Below, one piece after another: positions 52,394-63,617 of a DNA stretch of 64,000 nt. Under the pieces are notes generated by a model. It saw only the letters and a program-made list of their open reading frames with translations, was not told the DNA's origin and did no database searches. The first letter of the stretch is position 1, and the number at the start of each line of letters is the position of its first letter. Both the position numbers and the translations under genes were made by a program. Source of the stretch: Candidatus Cloacimonadota bacterium (GTDB taxonomy: Bacteria; Cloacimonadota; Cloacimonadia; G963667145); contig OY781092.1 in the NCBI GenBank assembly GCA_963676615.1, positions 1,184,001-1,248,000 of the forward strand. The letters are read 5' to 3'.

Positions 52394-53020
52394 ATGAAAA
52401 TTTTGCATATCTCCGACATTCACGGAAAAGTGGAAAATCTGCTTTTGGTGGAAAAATATTTTCTGGAATGCGATTTGGTGCTTGTCAGCGGCGACCTCAC
52501 GCATATGGGCGACCAGCTGGCAATGTCCAAAGTTCTGCAATATTTGCCGCTGGAAAAAACGCTGGCTGTGCTGGGAAATTGCGACTATCCAAACGCCATA
52601 AAAGCTCTGCAAACGGCAAAAATTTCTGTCGATGGCGAGCAAAAACAGCTGGCAGGCTTTCGCATTTGCGGCTATGGCGGGTCTCTGCCGACTCCCATAA
52701 ACACGCCCAATATGCTCCCCGAAGAGGAGTTTGCGCTGGTTCTGGGCTCATTCGACCAGCCCGATATTTTGCTCACCCATCAACCAGCATTCGGCACAAA
52801 CGCAGATTTGACGCCCGATGGACTGCATGTCGGCAGCAAATCGATTTTGCATTTTATCGAAAAAAAACAACCGAAGCTGGCGCTGTGCGGCCATATGCAC
52901 GAAGCACAATCGACCAGCAAAATCGGCGAAACCGTCGTCGTTAACGCTGGGTCTTTGGCGCAAAAACATTTCGCCGTCATAAATTTGAGCGAAAACAAAA
53001 TCGAAGTTGAGCTAAAATGA
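52394..53020 (+). CDS. Metallophosphoesterase (Icc-like)
   Basis: SDIHG, SGDLT, GNCD, THQP, CGHMHE. Confidence 0.9.
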   Translation: MKILHISDIHGKVENLLLVEKYFLECDLVLVSGDLTHMGDQLAMSKVLQYLPLEKTLAVLGNCDYPNAIKALQTAKISVDGEQKQLAGFRICGYGGSLPTPINTPNMLPEEEFALVLGSFDQPDILLTHQPAFGTNADLTPDGLHVGSKSILHFIEKKQPKLALCGHMHEAQSTSKIGETVVVNAGSLAQKHFAVINLSENKIEVELK

Positions 53021-54357
53021 TAAAAAATCTCAATCGTCAAATCATCATCGACTTGCTGGAAACCGGGCAACTGCAACGGCTTCGCTCATATCTGCACAAC
53101 TCGCATCCAGGCGATATCGCCGCAATTATCAACGATTTGCCCAGCGATGCGCAATACAAACTTTTTAGCACTTTGGATGTGGAAACAGCCGCAAATGTTA
53201 TGCCAGAGCTGCATCAAGAGCTGCAAGAAGATTTTTTGCCGAAAATCAACCCAGCCAAGCTGGCGGGCATTCTCACCGAGATGGACAGCGACGACGCCAC
53301 AGACATCATCAGCGAAATTGAGGACAAACAGACACAGCACTCGATTTTGGAGCGGCTCGATTTTGAGGACAAACAGTCGATTAAAAAGCTGCTGAGCTAC
53401 GACGAGAACACCGCTGGCGGCATTATGCAATCGGAGGTGGCGCAAGTCCCCAAGGAGTTCACCAAGGCGCAGGTCGTGCAGTATATCAAGGACAATTACG
53501 AGGAAATCGACAACCTCGCCTACATTTTTGTCGTGGGCGAAGACAAGCACCTCGAGGGACGATTGGACACCTACGCGCTTTTTGTGATGGACGACAACCA
53601 AACAATCGGGCAAGCGATGCAGACCGACATCATCTCGACAACGACCGACACCGACCAAGAAAAAGTGGCGCACCTTTTCCGTAAATACGACCTCTACGCC
53701 ATTCCAGTGGTGGACAAGCAAAACCGCCTTTTGGGCAGAATCACAGTGGACGATGTCATCGATGTCATCGACGACGAAGCGTCCGAAGATGTCTATAAAA
53801 TGATGGGACTCGAGAGCGAAGACAAAGTTTTCTCGTCGCCATTTGGTTCGTTCAGCAAGCGCATTCCATGGCTTCTCCTGAACCTGCTCACGGCGATTTT
53901 GGTCTCCAGCGTCGTTAATATTTTCGAGGGCGTCATCCAAAAATGGGCGTTTCTGGCAGTCCTGATGCCAATCGTCGCGGGACTCGGCGGCAACTCTGGC
54001 GCACAAACCCTCACCGTCATCATCCGCGGCATCGCAATGGGCGAGCTGACGGTCAACAACTCGTTCAAAGCTTTGCGAAAAGAGATAATCGTCGGCATCT
54101 GCAACGGCATCGCCATCGGCTCGGTCGCCACGGCGCTGGCTTGGCTCTACAAAGGCAACTTGATGCTCGGCGTCGTCCTCGGTGGCGGCCTGATCTGCAA
54201 TATGCTCATCGCTGGAATCGTCGGCGCGTTGGTGCCGCTCCTGCTCAAAAAATTCAGACTCGATCCAGCCCTTGGCTCGAACATCATCGTCACAATGCTC
54301 ACCGATATGGGCGGTTTCGCCAGCTTCCTGAGCCTTGCGGCAATTTTGCTACAATAA
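53017..54357 (+). CDS. mgtE: Magnesium transporter MgtE
   Basis: N-domain, CBS pair, R.PWL, GGNSGAQT, DPA...TD. Confidence 0.96.
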   Translation: MIKNLNRQIIIDLLETGQLQRLRSYLHNSHPGDIAAIINDLPSDAQYKLFSTLDVETAANVMPELHQELQEDFLPKINPAKLAGILTEMDSDDATDIISEIEDKQTQHSILERLDFEDKQSIKKLLSYDENTAGGIMQSEVAQVPKEFTKAQVVQYIKDNYEEIDNLAYIFVVGEDKHLEGRLDTYALFVMDDNQTIGQAMQTDIISTTTDTDQEKVAHLFRKYDLYAIPVVDKQNRLLGRITVDDVIDVIDDEASEDVYKMMGLESEDKVFSSPFGSFSKRIPWLLLNLLTAILVSSVVNIFEGVIQKWAFLAVLMPIVAGLGGNSGAQTLTVIIRGIAMGELTVNNSFKALRKEIIVGICNGIAIGSVATALAWLYKGNLMLGVVLGGGLICNMLIAGIVGALVPLLLKKFRLDPALGSNIIVTMLTDMGGFASFLSLAAILLQ

Positions 54358-54385
54358 TTTTTAAAGACAAAAACAGGGAAATTTC

Positions 54386-55636
54386 GTGCCAAACCAACCA
54401 GAAAAAATTTGGGACTTAATAGTCGTCGGTGCTGGCGCTGCTGGTCTAATGGCAGCTGGCAGAGCTTGTCAAATGGGCTACTCCACCTTGATTTTGGAAA
54501 AAATGCCCAAAATTGCCCGCAAAATAAAAATCACAGGTAAAGGCAGATGCAACCTCACCAACAGCAAAAGTTGGGCAGAGTTTCAAAAAAATATTTTTCC
54601 CAAGCCAAACTTTTTCAAAAAAGCTTTCTACAATTTTGACAACCAAGCGCTGATCGAACTTTTTCAAGGAAAACTCAAAACTCCGCTCAAAACCGAGCAA
54701 GGACAGCGAGTTTTTCCCGCATCAGACAAATCTTCGGACATCGTCAAGGCACTCGACCTTTACGCTCGCAAAGCCAAAATCGTTTGCAACTGCCAAGTCA
54801 TCGCTCTGCAAAAATCCAGCGACAAAATAACGCAAATCGTCTGCAAAAAAGACGGCGACGAAAAAATTTATCGAGCGAAAAATTACCTGCTGACCACTGG
54901 CGGAATGAGCTACAGCTCCACAGGCTCGTCTGGCGACGGACACCGCATCGCCCAAAAAATCGGTCACAACCTCCGTCCTTGCCTGCCGTCGCTTGTTGGG
55001 CTGATCTGCCCAAAAGCCAAAGCGTTACAAGGCTTGGCACTAAAAAATATCCAAGCAAAGCTCTTCGTCGATAACACCTTGGAGCAAAAGGAGTTCGGCG
55101 AGCTGCTTTTCACCCATTTTGGGCTCTCTGGGCCCACCATCCTCACCCTCAGTCGCCGCACTGTTCAGCTGCTCAGCCAAGGCGCAAAAGTTTTCATCAG
55201 CATCGACCTAAAGCCCGCACGAAGCGAAAATCAGCTTTTAGAAAAAATCAACCAAGAGGCAAACGCCAATCCACAAAAGCAGCTAGGCAACTTCCTCAAA
55301 AACTACCTGCCGTCAAAAATGATACCTTATTTTCTGGAAAAACTTGGCAAATCACCGCAAACCAAACTCGCAGAAATCGGCTCGCCAAAACCTCTGGTTC
55401 GCCTGCTAAAAAATCTTCGCTTCTCCATCACCGACAGTTGCGGATTTGAGCAAGCCATCATCACCCAAGGCGGCGTCGATATTTCACAAATCAACAGCAA
55501 AACAATGCAATCCAAACTTTTCGACAACCTCTATTTCGCTGGCGAAATTATCGACCTCGACGCCTACACTGGCGGCTACAACCTCCAAATCGCTTTTTCG
55601 ACTGGATATCTTGCTGGCGAGCTAAAGAAAAAATAG
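54386..55636 (+). CDS. HI0933/YhiN/BaiN family flavoprotein
   Basis: GAGAAG, KIKITGKGRCNLTN, GRVFP-like QRVFP, LFTHFGLSGP, TGGYNLQIA. Confidence 0.93.
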   Translation: MPNQPEKIWDLIVVGAGAAGLMAAGRACQMGYSTLILEKMPKIARKIKITGKGRCNLTNSKSWAEFQKNIFPKPNFFKKAFYNFDNQALIELFQGKLKTPLKTEQGQRVFPASDKSSDIVKALDLYARKAKIVCNCQVIALQKSSDKITQIVCKKDGDEKIYRAKNYLLTTGGMSYSSTGSSGDGHRIAQKIGHNLRPCLPSLVGLICPKAKALQGLALKNIQAKLFVDNTLEQKEFGELLFTHFGLSGPTILTLSRRTVQLLSQGAKVFISIDLKPARSENQLLEKINQEANANPQKQLGNFLKNYLPSKMIPYFLEKLGKSPQTKLAEIGSPKPLVRLLKNLRFSITDSCGFEQAIITQGGVDISQINSKTMQSKLFDNLYFAGEIIDLDAYTGGYNLQIAFSTGYLAGELKKK

Positions 55637-55660
55637 CCACACTTTTTTTTGGAAAATAAT

Positions 55661-56650
55661 CTAGCTATTTTTTTTAGATTTTTTACTAAAAAACGCCAAA
55701 GATAAAACAACCTCGTGGCGAAAAGTTTTGAACAAAACCAAGCCCAAAAGCACAAGATACATCGCTACCAAAAAGTGAGCCAAGATTATCACCGCAGCCA
55801 CCATATTGTCCGCAAGAGCGAACATTCCGCTAAAAATCAGCAGCGCCATTATCTCGTTGGAACCCATCTGCCCTGGCGGAGACGGCGCCGCATAAGATAA
55901 AAAAAGCAGAGAATAACCCAACAAAATAACTGCAAAAGGAATCGAAAGCCCCAAAGTCAGCACGCAAATATAAAAAGCCACACAGTTAAAAAAAATCGCC
56001 AGCAGCGAAAGTCCAAACATTTTCACGAAAAGCGTAAACGAAAATTTCAGCTTTCGTATGCCGACAGCAAATCGCAAAAACATTGCCAAAATTTTTCGCA
56101 CTTTCCGATTTTTTACTCGCTGTCTAGCTTTTATCACTAGCCCAATTCGAAAAGAGACGACCACAAGAAAAAGAACGCCAAAAGCCAGCATTCCCACCAA
56201 AAAATAGACGACGAAAAATATATTGGCGCTGATTTTATATTGCAAAAAAGGCATCACCAGCAACAGCACCAAAATCGGAGTCAAATCGAAAAGTTTATCG
56301 ATCATCACCGTCGGCAAAACTTTGGAAATCGGCAAGCGATAGCGCCGCTTTATGTAGTTGCATTTGACCAGCTCGGCAATCCGCACGGGAATCAAAAAAT
56401 CGATGACCGAGCCCATCATATAAACCTGTATCACCTCTTTGCGTTTAACGGGCAAGAGCTTTTTTAGCAGATAACTCCAGCGAGTTCCACGCAAATATGT
56501 AGTTAGTCCCAAAGTCACAAAAAACAAAGGCAAATACCAAAAATTGATGTTTCGGTAATGGGCAAGAGTTCCGCTAAGGTCGAAATATTTGAAGCACAAA
56601 GCCAAAAATACAACGCCCAAACAGAACAAAATCAAGATTTTTTTTATCAT
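55661..56650 (-). CDS. Lysylphosphatidylglycerol synthase TM-domain (flippase-like) protein
   Basis: RW, IPVRIAE, DKLFD, PSPPGQMG motifs; multi-TM. Confidence 0.8.
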   Translation of the reverse strand: MIKKILILFCLGVVFLALCFKYFDLSGTLAHYRNINFWYLPLFFVTLGLTTYLRGTRWSYLLKKLLPVKRKEVIQVYMMGSVIDFLIPVRIAELVKCNYIKRRYRLPISKVLPTVMIDKLFDLTPILVLLLVMPFLQYKISANIFFVVYFLVGMLAFGVLFLVVVSFRIGLVIKARQRVKNRKVRKILAMFLRFAVGIRKLKFSFTLFVKMFGLSLLAIFFNCVAFYICVLTLGLSIPFAVILLGYSLLFLSYAAPSPPGQMGSNEIMALLIFSGMFALADNMVAAVIILAHFLVAMYLVLLGLVLFKTFRHEVVLSLAFFSKKSKKNS

Positions 56651-56747
56651 AATTCCAAAAAAGAACACCCCCAAAAAAAGGGCAATATTTAAAACAAAAA
56701 AAGCCACCTTAGCATCGTAAAGCGGCTTTGTTATTCGATTTTTTTGG

Positions 56748-57218
56748 CTACTTTTCTTCCGAAGTTTCTGCTTCAGAAGAGTTTTCGCTCTCTGGCTCTG
56801 CCGCCAAATTTTCCAGCTTTACATCTTCAACTGGAGCCTCTTTTTTTGCGGCAACTTTCTCTTTTTCCTCAACGAACTCAATGATTACCATCGGAGCGGC
56901 GTCACCTTTGCGAAAACCAGCTTTAATAATCCGTGTGTAACCGCCAGCAACTCCTGCATAGCGCGGAGCGATTTCGTCGAAAACTTTTTTTACCAAACTG
57001 CGGTCGCCCAAAACTTTAAAAGCCAAACGGCGATGATGGATTTCCCCTTTTTTGCCGTAAGTGATGACCCTTTCAGCCAAACTTCTCATCTCTTTGGCTT
57101 TAGCTTCTGTAGTAGTGATACGCTCGGATATCACCAAAGACTTCACCAGATTTCTCAACAAAGCCTTGCGGTGTCCAGCTTCTCTACCAAACTTGCGTCC
57201 TTCTTTTCTATGTCTCAT
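56748..57218 (-). CDS. rplQ: 50S ribosomal protein L17
   Basis: MRHRK...[10 protein letters not shown]...GGYTRI. Confidence 0.98.
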   Translation of the reverse strand: MRHRKEGRKFGREAGHRKALLRNLVKSLVISERITTTEAKAKEMRSLAERVITYGKKGEIHHRRLAFKVLGDRSLVKKVFDEIAPRYAGVAGGYTRIIKAGFRKGDAAPMVIIEFVEEKEKVAAKKEAPVEDVKLENLAAEPESENSSEAETSEEK

Positions 57219-57222
57219 TCTA

Positions 57223-58236
57223 CTACCTTTTCAATATTTTATTTCTAGCCTCTTGAATTTCGGACTCAACTTTCTCCAAATTCATTCCCAGAGAAAGATC
57301 CAAATCCGAAAGAAGCTTTTTAATTTCGTCCAAAGACTTCTTGCCAAAATTGCGATAACGAAGCATCTGATTTTCAGTTTTGCTCACCAAATCACGCACC
57401 GTCTCGATTTTGGCTGCCAAAAGACAGTTGCTCGAACGAACAGAAAGCTCCATCTCGTTCACGCTGGTGTCCAAAAGCCGCTCAATCCTCTCCAAACGAG
57501 GATCCATCTCCAACTTCTCGACATACTCTGGCTCAACCTCAAAACGAATCATCTTATCATAAAAATCGCGCAACAACTTGCTGGAAGTATAAAAGGCTTC
57601 CTTGGGGTCGATACTGCCGTCTGTGGTCACCTCTAGCACCAACTTATCGTAGTCGATTCTCTTGCCAACGCGCTCGTTCTCCACAGTAAACGACACATTT
57701 TTCACAGGATTAAACAAAGAATCTATCGCAATAAATCCAACAGGCAAGTCGGCGTTGTCGTGCTCTTCCGACGGCACAAAACCGCGATTTACACCCACGA
57801 TAATCTTGCATCTGATCTCTTTGCCCTCTTGAGTGACCTCAAAAAGTTCCAAATCTTTGTTGATAATCTCGATTTGAGAGTTAGCGCTAAAATCGCCAGC
57901 GGTCACCATTCCGAGCTTGCTAACATTTAGCTCCAAGGTGATATCGTCCAAAGAAGAAGATTTAATCGCCAAACGCTTCAGTTTCAAAATAAAATCGACA
58001 TAGTCGGTGTCTGTTCCGGGAATGCCCGTAAACTCGTGATGCAACCCTTCGATCATCACAAACTTTACCGCTGCGCCTTGGATAGAGGAAAGCAAAACCC
58101 TGCGAATCGTATTGCCTACCGTGATACCATAGCCAGGCTCCATCGGACTAATTTCGACTTTGACAAAAGTATCGCTATAAGTAGATTCGTCTATCTCTAC
58201 TTTATTAGGATTTTGGATAGGAATAATTAAACTCAT
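57223..58236 (-). CDS. rpoA: RNA polymerase subunit alpha
   Basis: [35 protein letters not shown]. Confidence 0.98.
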   Translation of the reverse strand: MSLIIPIQNPNKVEIDESTYSDTFVKVEISPMEPGYGITVGNTIRRVLLSSIQGAAVKFVMIEGLHHEFTGIPGTDTDYVDFILKLKRLAIKSSSLDDITLELNVSKLGMVTAGDFSANSQIEIINKDLELFEVTQEGKEIRCKIIVGVNRGFVPSEEHDNADLPVGFIAIDSLFNPVKNVSFTVENERVGKRIDYDKLVLEVTTDGSIDPKEAFYTSSKLLRDFYDKMIRFEVEPEYVEKLEMDPRLERIERLLDTSVNEMELSVRSSNCLLAAKIETVRDLVSKTENQMLRYRNFGKKSLDEIKKLLSDLDLSLGMNLEKVESEIQEARNKILKR

Positions 58237-58252
58237 CGCACCTTCCCTATTA

Positions 58253-58867
58253 TTATTTAGAATAAAACTCGACAATCAAACGATCGTCAATGTTAACTGG
58301 AATTTGCTCCCTGTTCGGAATCGCCAAAACTTCGCCTTTCAAAGATTTTTTGTCAAAACTAAGCCAAGGGAAAGCGTCAACCGAGCTGTTGCCGATGTTC
58401 TCCAAAAACAAAGGCATATTTTTGCTCTTGTCTTTTACCTGAATCACATCGCCTTGTTTACACTGATAAGACGGGATGTCCACCCTTTTGCCGTTCACGG
58501 TGATGTGCGCGTGGTTCACAACTTGCCTTGCTTGCATCCGTGTGCCAGCAAGACCAAGCCTGAAGACAACATTATCCAATCTCATTTCCAAAAGTCTAAA
58601 CAAATTCTCGCCAGTTACGCCGCTTTGCTTCGCCGCTTTTTTGAAATAACCACGAAATTGCTTTTCGAGCAAGCAATAAATCATTCTCGCTTTTTGCTTC
58701 TCCTCTAGGTGCAAACCGTAGTCACTCTTTCTCTTTTTGAAGCCTTGACCGTGCTCTCCTGGAGCGTAACCTTTTTTCTTCAAAATTTTATCGTATTTGG
58801 GAGCTCCGAAAATATTTTCGCCGAACTTCCTGCAAATTCTCGCCTTAGGACCTGTATATCTAGCCAT
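58253..58867 (-). CDS. rpsD: 30S ribosomal protein S4
   Basis: MARYTGP, EKQK, LEMRLDNVVFRLG, IVEFYSK. Confidence 0.98.
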   Translation of the reverse strand: MARYTGPKARICRKFGENIFGAPKYDKILKKKGYAPGEHGQGFKKRKSDYGLHLEEKQKARMIYCLLEKQFRGYFKKAAKQSGVTGENLFRLLEMRLDNVVFRLGLAGTRMQARQVVNHAHITVNGKRVDIPSYQCKQGDVIQVKDKSKNMPLFLENIGNSSVDAFPWLSFDKKSLKGEVLAIPNREQIPVNIDDRLIVEFYSK

Positions 58868-58875
58868 TGTTTCTC

Positions 58876-59256
58876 CTATATCCTTCTTTGTTTTGGTGGT
58901 CTGCACCCGTTGTGTGGCACTGGGGTAACATCTTTAATCATCGTAATCTCCAGCCCAGCTGCGTTCAGCGCTCTGATGGCAGCCTCACGACCTCCACCTG
59001 GACCTTTGACCACAACACCGACTCTGGCGATGCCAAGCTCTACAGCCAACTCACCAATCTTTTTGCCCGCAAGCTGAGCCGCAAAAGAGGTGTTCTTTTT
59101 AGAACCGTGATAACCAATATCTCCACCGCTAGACCAATCGATTGTATTGCCAGATTTGTCTGCCAAAGTGACGATAGTATTATTAAAACTAGAATGAATA
59201 TTTACGATGCCCTCGCTAATATTCAGCTTCTTTTTTTTCTTTACACTCTTAGCCAT
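58876..59256 (-). CDS. rpsK: 30S ribosomal protein S11
   Basis: [24 protein letters not shown]. Confidence 0.98.
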   Translation of the reverse strand: MAKSVKKKKKLNISEGIVNIHSSFNNTIVTLADKSGNTIDWSSGGDIGYHGSKKNTSFAAQLAGKKIGELAVELGIARVGVVVKGPGGGREAAIRALNAAGLEITMIKDVTPVPHNGCRPPKQRRI

Positions 59257-59259
59257 TTA

Positions 59260-59613
59260 CTACCTCTTTTTCCTTCTCTTCTTGCGAGTCATTGCGTTGT
59301 TTTTGGTGTTTTGCCCTCTACACGGCAAACCTTTTTTGTGTCGCAAGCCGCGATAAGATCCGTTCCCCATCAGCCTTTTGATGTCCATCACATTCCTAGT
59401 CCTGAGCTCACCTTCCACCACATATTTATTTTGAATTTCTTCTCTGATTTTTTTCTCATCCTCGATAGAAAGATCTTTGACTCTAATGCTCTCATCAATA
59501 CCGATATCGCTCAAAATCTTCTTAGAACAAGTTTTACCTATTCCAAAGATATAGGTTAAAGCAATCTCCAATCTCTTATCTTTTGGGAGTTCAACTCCTA
59601 CTATGTTAGCCAA
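59260..59613 (-). CDS. rpsM: 30S ribosomal protein S13
   Basis: [21 protein letters not shown]...RGQNTK; TTG start. Confidence 0.98.
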   Translation of the reverse strand: MANIVGVELPKDKRLEIALTYIFGIGKTCSKKILSDIGIDESIRVKDLSIEDEKKIREEIQNKYVVEGELRTRNVMDIKRLMGNGSYRGLRHKKGLPCRGQNTKNNAMTRKKRRKKR

Positions 59614-59621
59614 ATTTCCTC

Positions 59622-59735
59622 CTAACCTTGTCTTTGTTTATGCTTAGGATTAGAGCAAATCACTCTAACCACACCTTTGCGGACGACTATTTTACAATCC
59701 TTGCAAATCTTTTTTACAGAAGCTTTTACCTTCAT
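59622..59735 (-). CDS. rpmJ: 50S ribosomal protein L36 (Zn-binding type; below the ORF-track cutoff)
   Basis: Hand-translated [37 protein letters not shown]. Confidence 0.98.
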   Translation of the reverse strand: MKVKASVKKICKDCKIVVRKGVVRVICSNPKHKQRQG

Positions 59736-59749
59736 TTTCAAACTCCAAA

Positions 59750-59968
59750 CTACTTATATCTATAAATTATTCTGCCCTTGGACAAATCGTAGGGAGAAAT
59801 CTCCAACTTCAACTTATCTCCTGTCAGAATTCTAATATAATGCATCCTCATTTTTCCCGAGAGATGCGCAATAATCTCGTGGTCGTTTTCCAGCTTTACC
59901 CGAAATTTCGTTCCCGGCAAAATCTCCACAACCTCGCCATCAATCTCAATATTATCTACTTTCGCCAT
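59750..59968 (-). CDS. infA: Translation initiation factor IF-1
   Basis: [17 protein letters not shown]...SPYDL.KGRI.YR. Confidence 0.98.
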   Translation of the reverse strand: MAKVDNIEIDGEVVEILPGTKFRVKLENDHEIIAHLSGKMRMHYIRILTGDKLKLEISPYDLSKGRIIYRYK

Positions 59969-59983
59969 AATCCCTCTAAAAAA

Positions 59984-60742
59984 TTAGCCTATCGTTAAAA
60001 TTTCTGCCTCATCGTCGGTCACCAAAACGGTGTACTCGTAATGAGCAGAGCGGCTACCATCTGCAACCAAACACTCCCAGCCATCTTCGATTATCCGATT
60101 TGTGCCCTGATTAAACATCGGCTCAATCGCCAAAGTCATCCCAGATTTCAATCGCACACCAGTTCCTTTTTTGCCCACATTGGGAATAGACGGCTCTTCG
60201 TGCAAATTTCTGCCAATGCCATGACCTGTCAGATAATCGGCAGGAAAATAGCCATTTTTTTCAGCCACCTTTTGGATAGCAGCAGACAAATCTCCCACTC
60301 GGTTACCATTTCTCGCCAAAGCGACAGCTGTGTCAAGAGCTTCCTTTGTAATTTTCATCAGCCGTTTATCAGCGTCGGAAATCTGCCCAACAGCGTAAGT
60401 TCTAGCCGCATCGCCGTAAAATCCATCCAAATATGTGCCGACATCCACACCTATAATATCTCCGTCCTGCAAAATCGTCTGCTTGCTGGGAATCCCGTGC
60501 ACAATCGCCGAATTTACCGAGGTGCAAACATCGCCAGGAAACGGCGGCAACCCAGGAACGCTATAGCCTTTAAAAGCAGGCTTTGCTCCCGCAGCCAAAA
60601 TAAACTCCCGCGAAATTTTGTTAATCTCCCAAGTGCTCATTCCCGCTTTGATAACGCCCTCTAGATAGTCCAGCAAATCGCCAACGATTTTGTTGGCAGC
60701 CCGCATTTTCTCTATCTCGTTTGCATTTTTTAGCGAAATCAC
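59984..60742 (-). CDS. map: Type I methionyl aminopeptidase
   Basis: CTSVN...HGIP, GHGIG...HEEP, AIEPM, SAHYE. Confidence 0.97.
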   Translation of the reverse strand: MISLKNANEIEKMRAANKIVGDLLDYLEGVIKAGMSTWEINKISREFILAAGAKPAFKGYSVPGLPPFPGDVCTSVNSAIVHGIPSKQTILQDGDIIGVDVGTYLDGFYGDAARTYAVGQISDADKRLMKITKEALDTAVALARNGNRVGDLSAAIQKVAEKNGYFPADYLTGHGIGRNLHEEPSIPNVGKKGTGVRLKSGMTLAIEPMFNQGTNRIIEDGWECLVADGSRSAHYEYTVLVTDDEAEILTIG

Positions 60743-62061
60743 CTAGCTCTTCTGCCCCTAATCTTGCCGTGTTTCATAAACCCGTCGTAGTGCCGAGAAA
60801 TCAGCTGACCCTCTAGCTGTTGCAAAATATCCAGCGCAACGCCCACAACAATGATGATACTCGTTCCGCCAAAATATATCGGCGAGTTTGTGTATTCGAT
60901 CAAAAATTGAGGTATCACCGCAATCATCGCGAAAAAAATCGCTCCCGGCAAAGTTATCCGCGCAATAACGCTGTTCAAATACTCTGCAGTGCTTTTTCCG
61001 GGCTTTTTCCCAGGGATAAATCCACCGAACTTTTTCATATTGTTCGCCATCTCGATCGGATTTAGGACGATTGCTGTGTAGAAATAAGCGAAAAATACAA
61101 TCAGAATGACATACAAAATCGTGTAGGTAAAAGCTCCCGGAGACAACGCGCTAGCCACTGAGTTCATAAAAACACTTTCTTTGAAAAAAGCCGCTATCGT
61201 CTTGGGAAACATTATCACCGCTTGAGCAAAAATTATCGGAATAACGCCAGCCGTGTTCACTTTCAAAGGAATGTGAGAAGATTGTCCGCCATAAATTTTG
61301 CGACCAACTATCCGCTTGGCGTATTGCACTGGCAGCTTTCTCTCCGCTTGTGTCACATAGACCACCAAACCAGTTACGATGACTATCGTCGCCAAAATTA
61401 TCACCACATTTGTCGTCGGCATAGAGCCAGCGTAAATCATCCGCGCCATATTATAGAAGCCTATGGGATAGTTCACCACGATGCCCGCAAAGATAATCAG
61501 CGAGATACCGTTACCGATGCCTCTGTCGGTGATGCGCTCGCCGAACCACATTATGATCATCGTGCCTGTCAAAAGGGTCGTCACCGCAGCGATTGTAAAC
61601 ATCAAGCCGCTGTTTGGCACTACAGCTTTGCCCGCAGAAGTGTATAGATTTTGCAAAAATATGGTAATACCTATCGAGTTAAAAGCGCCCACTATCAAAG
61701 TTCCATACCTTGTGTACTGCGTTATTTTTCGCTGTCCCTCGGCTCCTTCGTGCTTTAGTTTTTCAAAAAACGGGAAAACTCCGCCCAAAAGCTGCATCAC
61801 GATAGATGCGGTAATGTAGGGCATAATTCCCAGAGCGAAAATCGACGCACGCTGAAAGTTGCCGCCAACGAACATATCGAACATCCCAAAGAGGGTGCCC
61901 TCTCCGCCCGAAGTAGCAAAAAATTCCGACAGAGCGCCCGTATCGATGCCCGGCACAGGGATATAGCCCCCCAACCGATAGAGCACCAAAATGAAAGCGG
62001 TAAAAAGGACTTTGTTCTTCAGCTCGGCAATCTTAAAAACATTTAATAGATTTTTAAGCAA
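60739..62061 (-). CDS. secY: Preprotein translocase SecY
   Basis: SIFALGIMPYITASI, GIGNGISLIIF, AGVIPIIFA, GGTSIII. Confidence 0.99.
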   Translation of the reverse strand: MLKNLLNVFKIAELKNKVLFTAFILVLYRLGGYIPVPGIDTGALSEFFATSGGEGTLFGMFDMFVGGNFQRASIFALGIMPYITASIVMQLLGGVFPFFEKLKHEGAEGQRKITQYTRYGTLIVGAFNSIGITIFLQNLYTSAGKAVVPNSGLMFTIAAVTTLLTGTMIIMWFGERITDRGIGNGISLIIFAGIVVNYPIGFYNMARMIYAGSMPTTNVVIILATIVIVTGLVVYVTQAERKLPVQYAKRIVGRKIYGGQSSHIPLKVNTAGVIPIIFAQAVIMFPKTIAAFFKESVFMNSVASALSPGAFTYTILYVILIVFFAYFYTAIVLNPIEMANNMKKFGGFIPGKKPGKSTAEYLNSVIARITLPGAIFFAMIAVIPQFLIEYTNSPIYFGGTSIIIVVGVALDILQQLEGQLISRHYDGFMKHGKIRGRRAR

Positions 62062-62062
62062 T

Positions 62063-62500
62063 TTAAATCTCCTTTACGCTTCCACCACAAGATTCTATCA
62101 GCTTTTTAGCGTTTTTGGAAAATTTGTTCGCCTCTACATTCAGAGCCACTTTCATCTCGTCAACGCCCGAAGCCAAAACCTTAACCGGCAACAGTTTTTT
62201 AGGAATAATTCCGTTCTCTTCCATAGCCGCAACGCTGATATCAGACTGCCCCAAAGCTAGCAACGAGCCAAGATTGACAATTCTATACTCTTTTCTGTTG
62301 ATGCTGGTAAAACCTCTTTTTGGCAAACGGCGTTGCAAAGGCATTTGACCACCCTCGAACCAAGCAGGAATGTTGCCACCGCTTCTTGACTTTTGACCGT
62401 TATAGCCTCTACCGCCAGTTTTACCAAGACCAGAAGCTCTTCCTTTTCCCCTTCTCTTCTTATTTTTCAGAGCAGGTTTATTCAGATTAGACAAATTCAT
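62063..62500 (-). CDS. rplO: 50S ribosomal protein L15
   Basis: GKTGGRG..GQKSRSG, FEGGQMPL.RRLPKRGF. Confidence 0.98.
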   Translation of the reverse strand: MNLSNLNKPALKNKKRRGKGRASGLGKTGGRGYNGQKSRSGGNIPAWFEGGQMPLQRRLPKRGFTSINRKEYRIVNLGSLLALGQSDISVAAMEENGIIPKKLLPVKVLASGVDEMKVALNVEANKFSKNAKKLIESCGGSVKEI

Positions 62501-62514
62501 CTTTCACCCCTATC

Positions 62515-62697
62515 TTAAACTTCTTCAACCTTCAAAAGATAATTAACCTTGTTAATCATCCCGCGGATAATTGCGTTATCCGCGTGCACTCTCGATCTGC
62601 TGATTTTGCCCAATCCAAGAGCTTTAATCGTGCCTTTGACCTTCTCGGTTCTGCCGATTGTGCTTTTGATTTGAGTCACTTTCAATTTTTTAGCCAT
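62515..62697 (-). CDS. rpmD: 50S ribosomal protein L30
   Basis: KSTIGR...ALGL...IRGMINKV. Confidence 0.97.
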   Translation of the reverse strand: MAKKLKVTQIKSTIGRTEKVKGTIKALGLGKISRSRVHADNAIIRGMINKVNYLLKVEEV

Positions 62698-63218
62698 TAT
62701 TCGCTCCCTTTGACCAGATCGTCCAAACTTTTGCCGCGAAGTTTCATCACCTCGTGCACAGTTCTGAGCTTCTTGAGTCCGTCAATCGTCGCTTTTGCCA
62801 CATTCACAGAAGTGTTTGAGCCCAAAGATTTTGTCAAAATATTTTGCACGCCAGCTGCCTCTAGCACCGCACGCGCAGGACCTCCAGCGATAATTCCCGT
62901 TCCGTCGGAAGCAGGTTTGAGCATCACTTTGCTGGCTTTAAATTTACCCACAATCTCGTGAGGAATCGTGCCATTCACAAGCGGAACACTGAACATTTCC
63001 GCAGCAGCGTTATCTTTGGCTTTGCGAATTGCATCGGTAATCTCGTTGGCTTTTCCGCTGGCAAAACCCAGCTTTCCGTTTTTATCTCCAACGACCATCG
63101 CAGCGTTAAAACTGAAGTTTCTACCACCTTTGACCACTTTGGCAACTCTGGCGGTGGACACTATTTTTTCAACTTCAAATCCGCTTTTGGCCGGGCTTTC
63201 GTTTCTTTGCTTTTTCAA
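62697..63218 (-). CDS. rpsE: 30S ribosomal protein S5
   Basis: RVAKVVKGGR.FSF, PA..GTGIIAGG. Confidence 0.98.
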   Translation of the reverse strand: MKKQRNESPAKSGFEVEKIVSTARVAKVVKGGRNFSFNAAMVVGDKNGKLGFASGKANEITDAIRKAKDNAAAEMFSVPLVNGTIPHEIVGKFKASKVMLKPASDGTGIIAGGPARAVLEAAGVQNILTKSLGSNTSVNVAKATIDGLKKLRTVHEVMKLRGKSLDDLVKGSE

Positions 63219-63227
63219 AATATCTCC

Positions 63228-63599
63228 TTATAACACCAGGCCGGCTTCTCTTGCGCCGTCCACCACAGCTTTCACTCTGCCATGGTATTTATAACCGTTC
63301 CTGTCCACGCAAGCGGCTTTAATTTTGGCATCTTTCGCCCTTTGACCAAGAGCTTTGCCAACCAAAAAACCTTGCTCGCATTTGTTACCCTCAAACTTAG
63401 CGTCTTTTTCCACAGTCGAACAAGAAACCAAAGTTTTGCCACTCTCGTCGTCCACCATTTGCGCGTAAATATTTTTAAGAGAGCGATAAATCACCAATCT
63501 AGGTCTTTCGGCGGTTCCCTTCACTTTTTGGATATAAGCCTTTTTCCTTCTAAGTCTTGAGGCAAATTTTTGATAACATTTAGATAATTTCTTTCTCAT
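63228..63599 (-). CDS. rplR: 50S ribosomal protein L18
   Basis: GTAERPRL..YRS, DRNGYKYHGRV...AREAGL. Confidence 0.97.
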   Translation of the reverse strand: MRKKLSKCYQKFASRLRRKKAYIQKVKGTAERPRLVIYRSLKNIYAQMVDDESGKTLVSCSTVEKDAKFEGNKCEQGFLVGKALGQRAKDAKIKAACVDRNGYKYHGRVKAVVDGAREAGLVL

Positions 63600-63617
63600 T
63601 TTTTGTCTCCTCAATCC

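Noticed and set aside
59984..62061. No adk between secY and map; rpsD inside the alpha operon
   Set aside because: Common variants of the spc/alpha operon.
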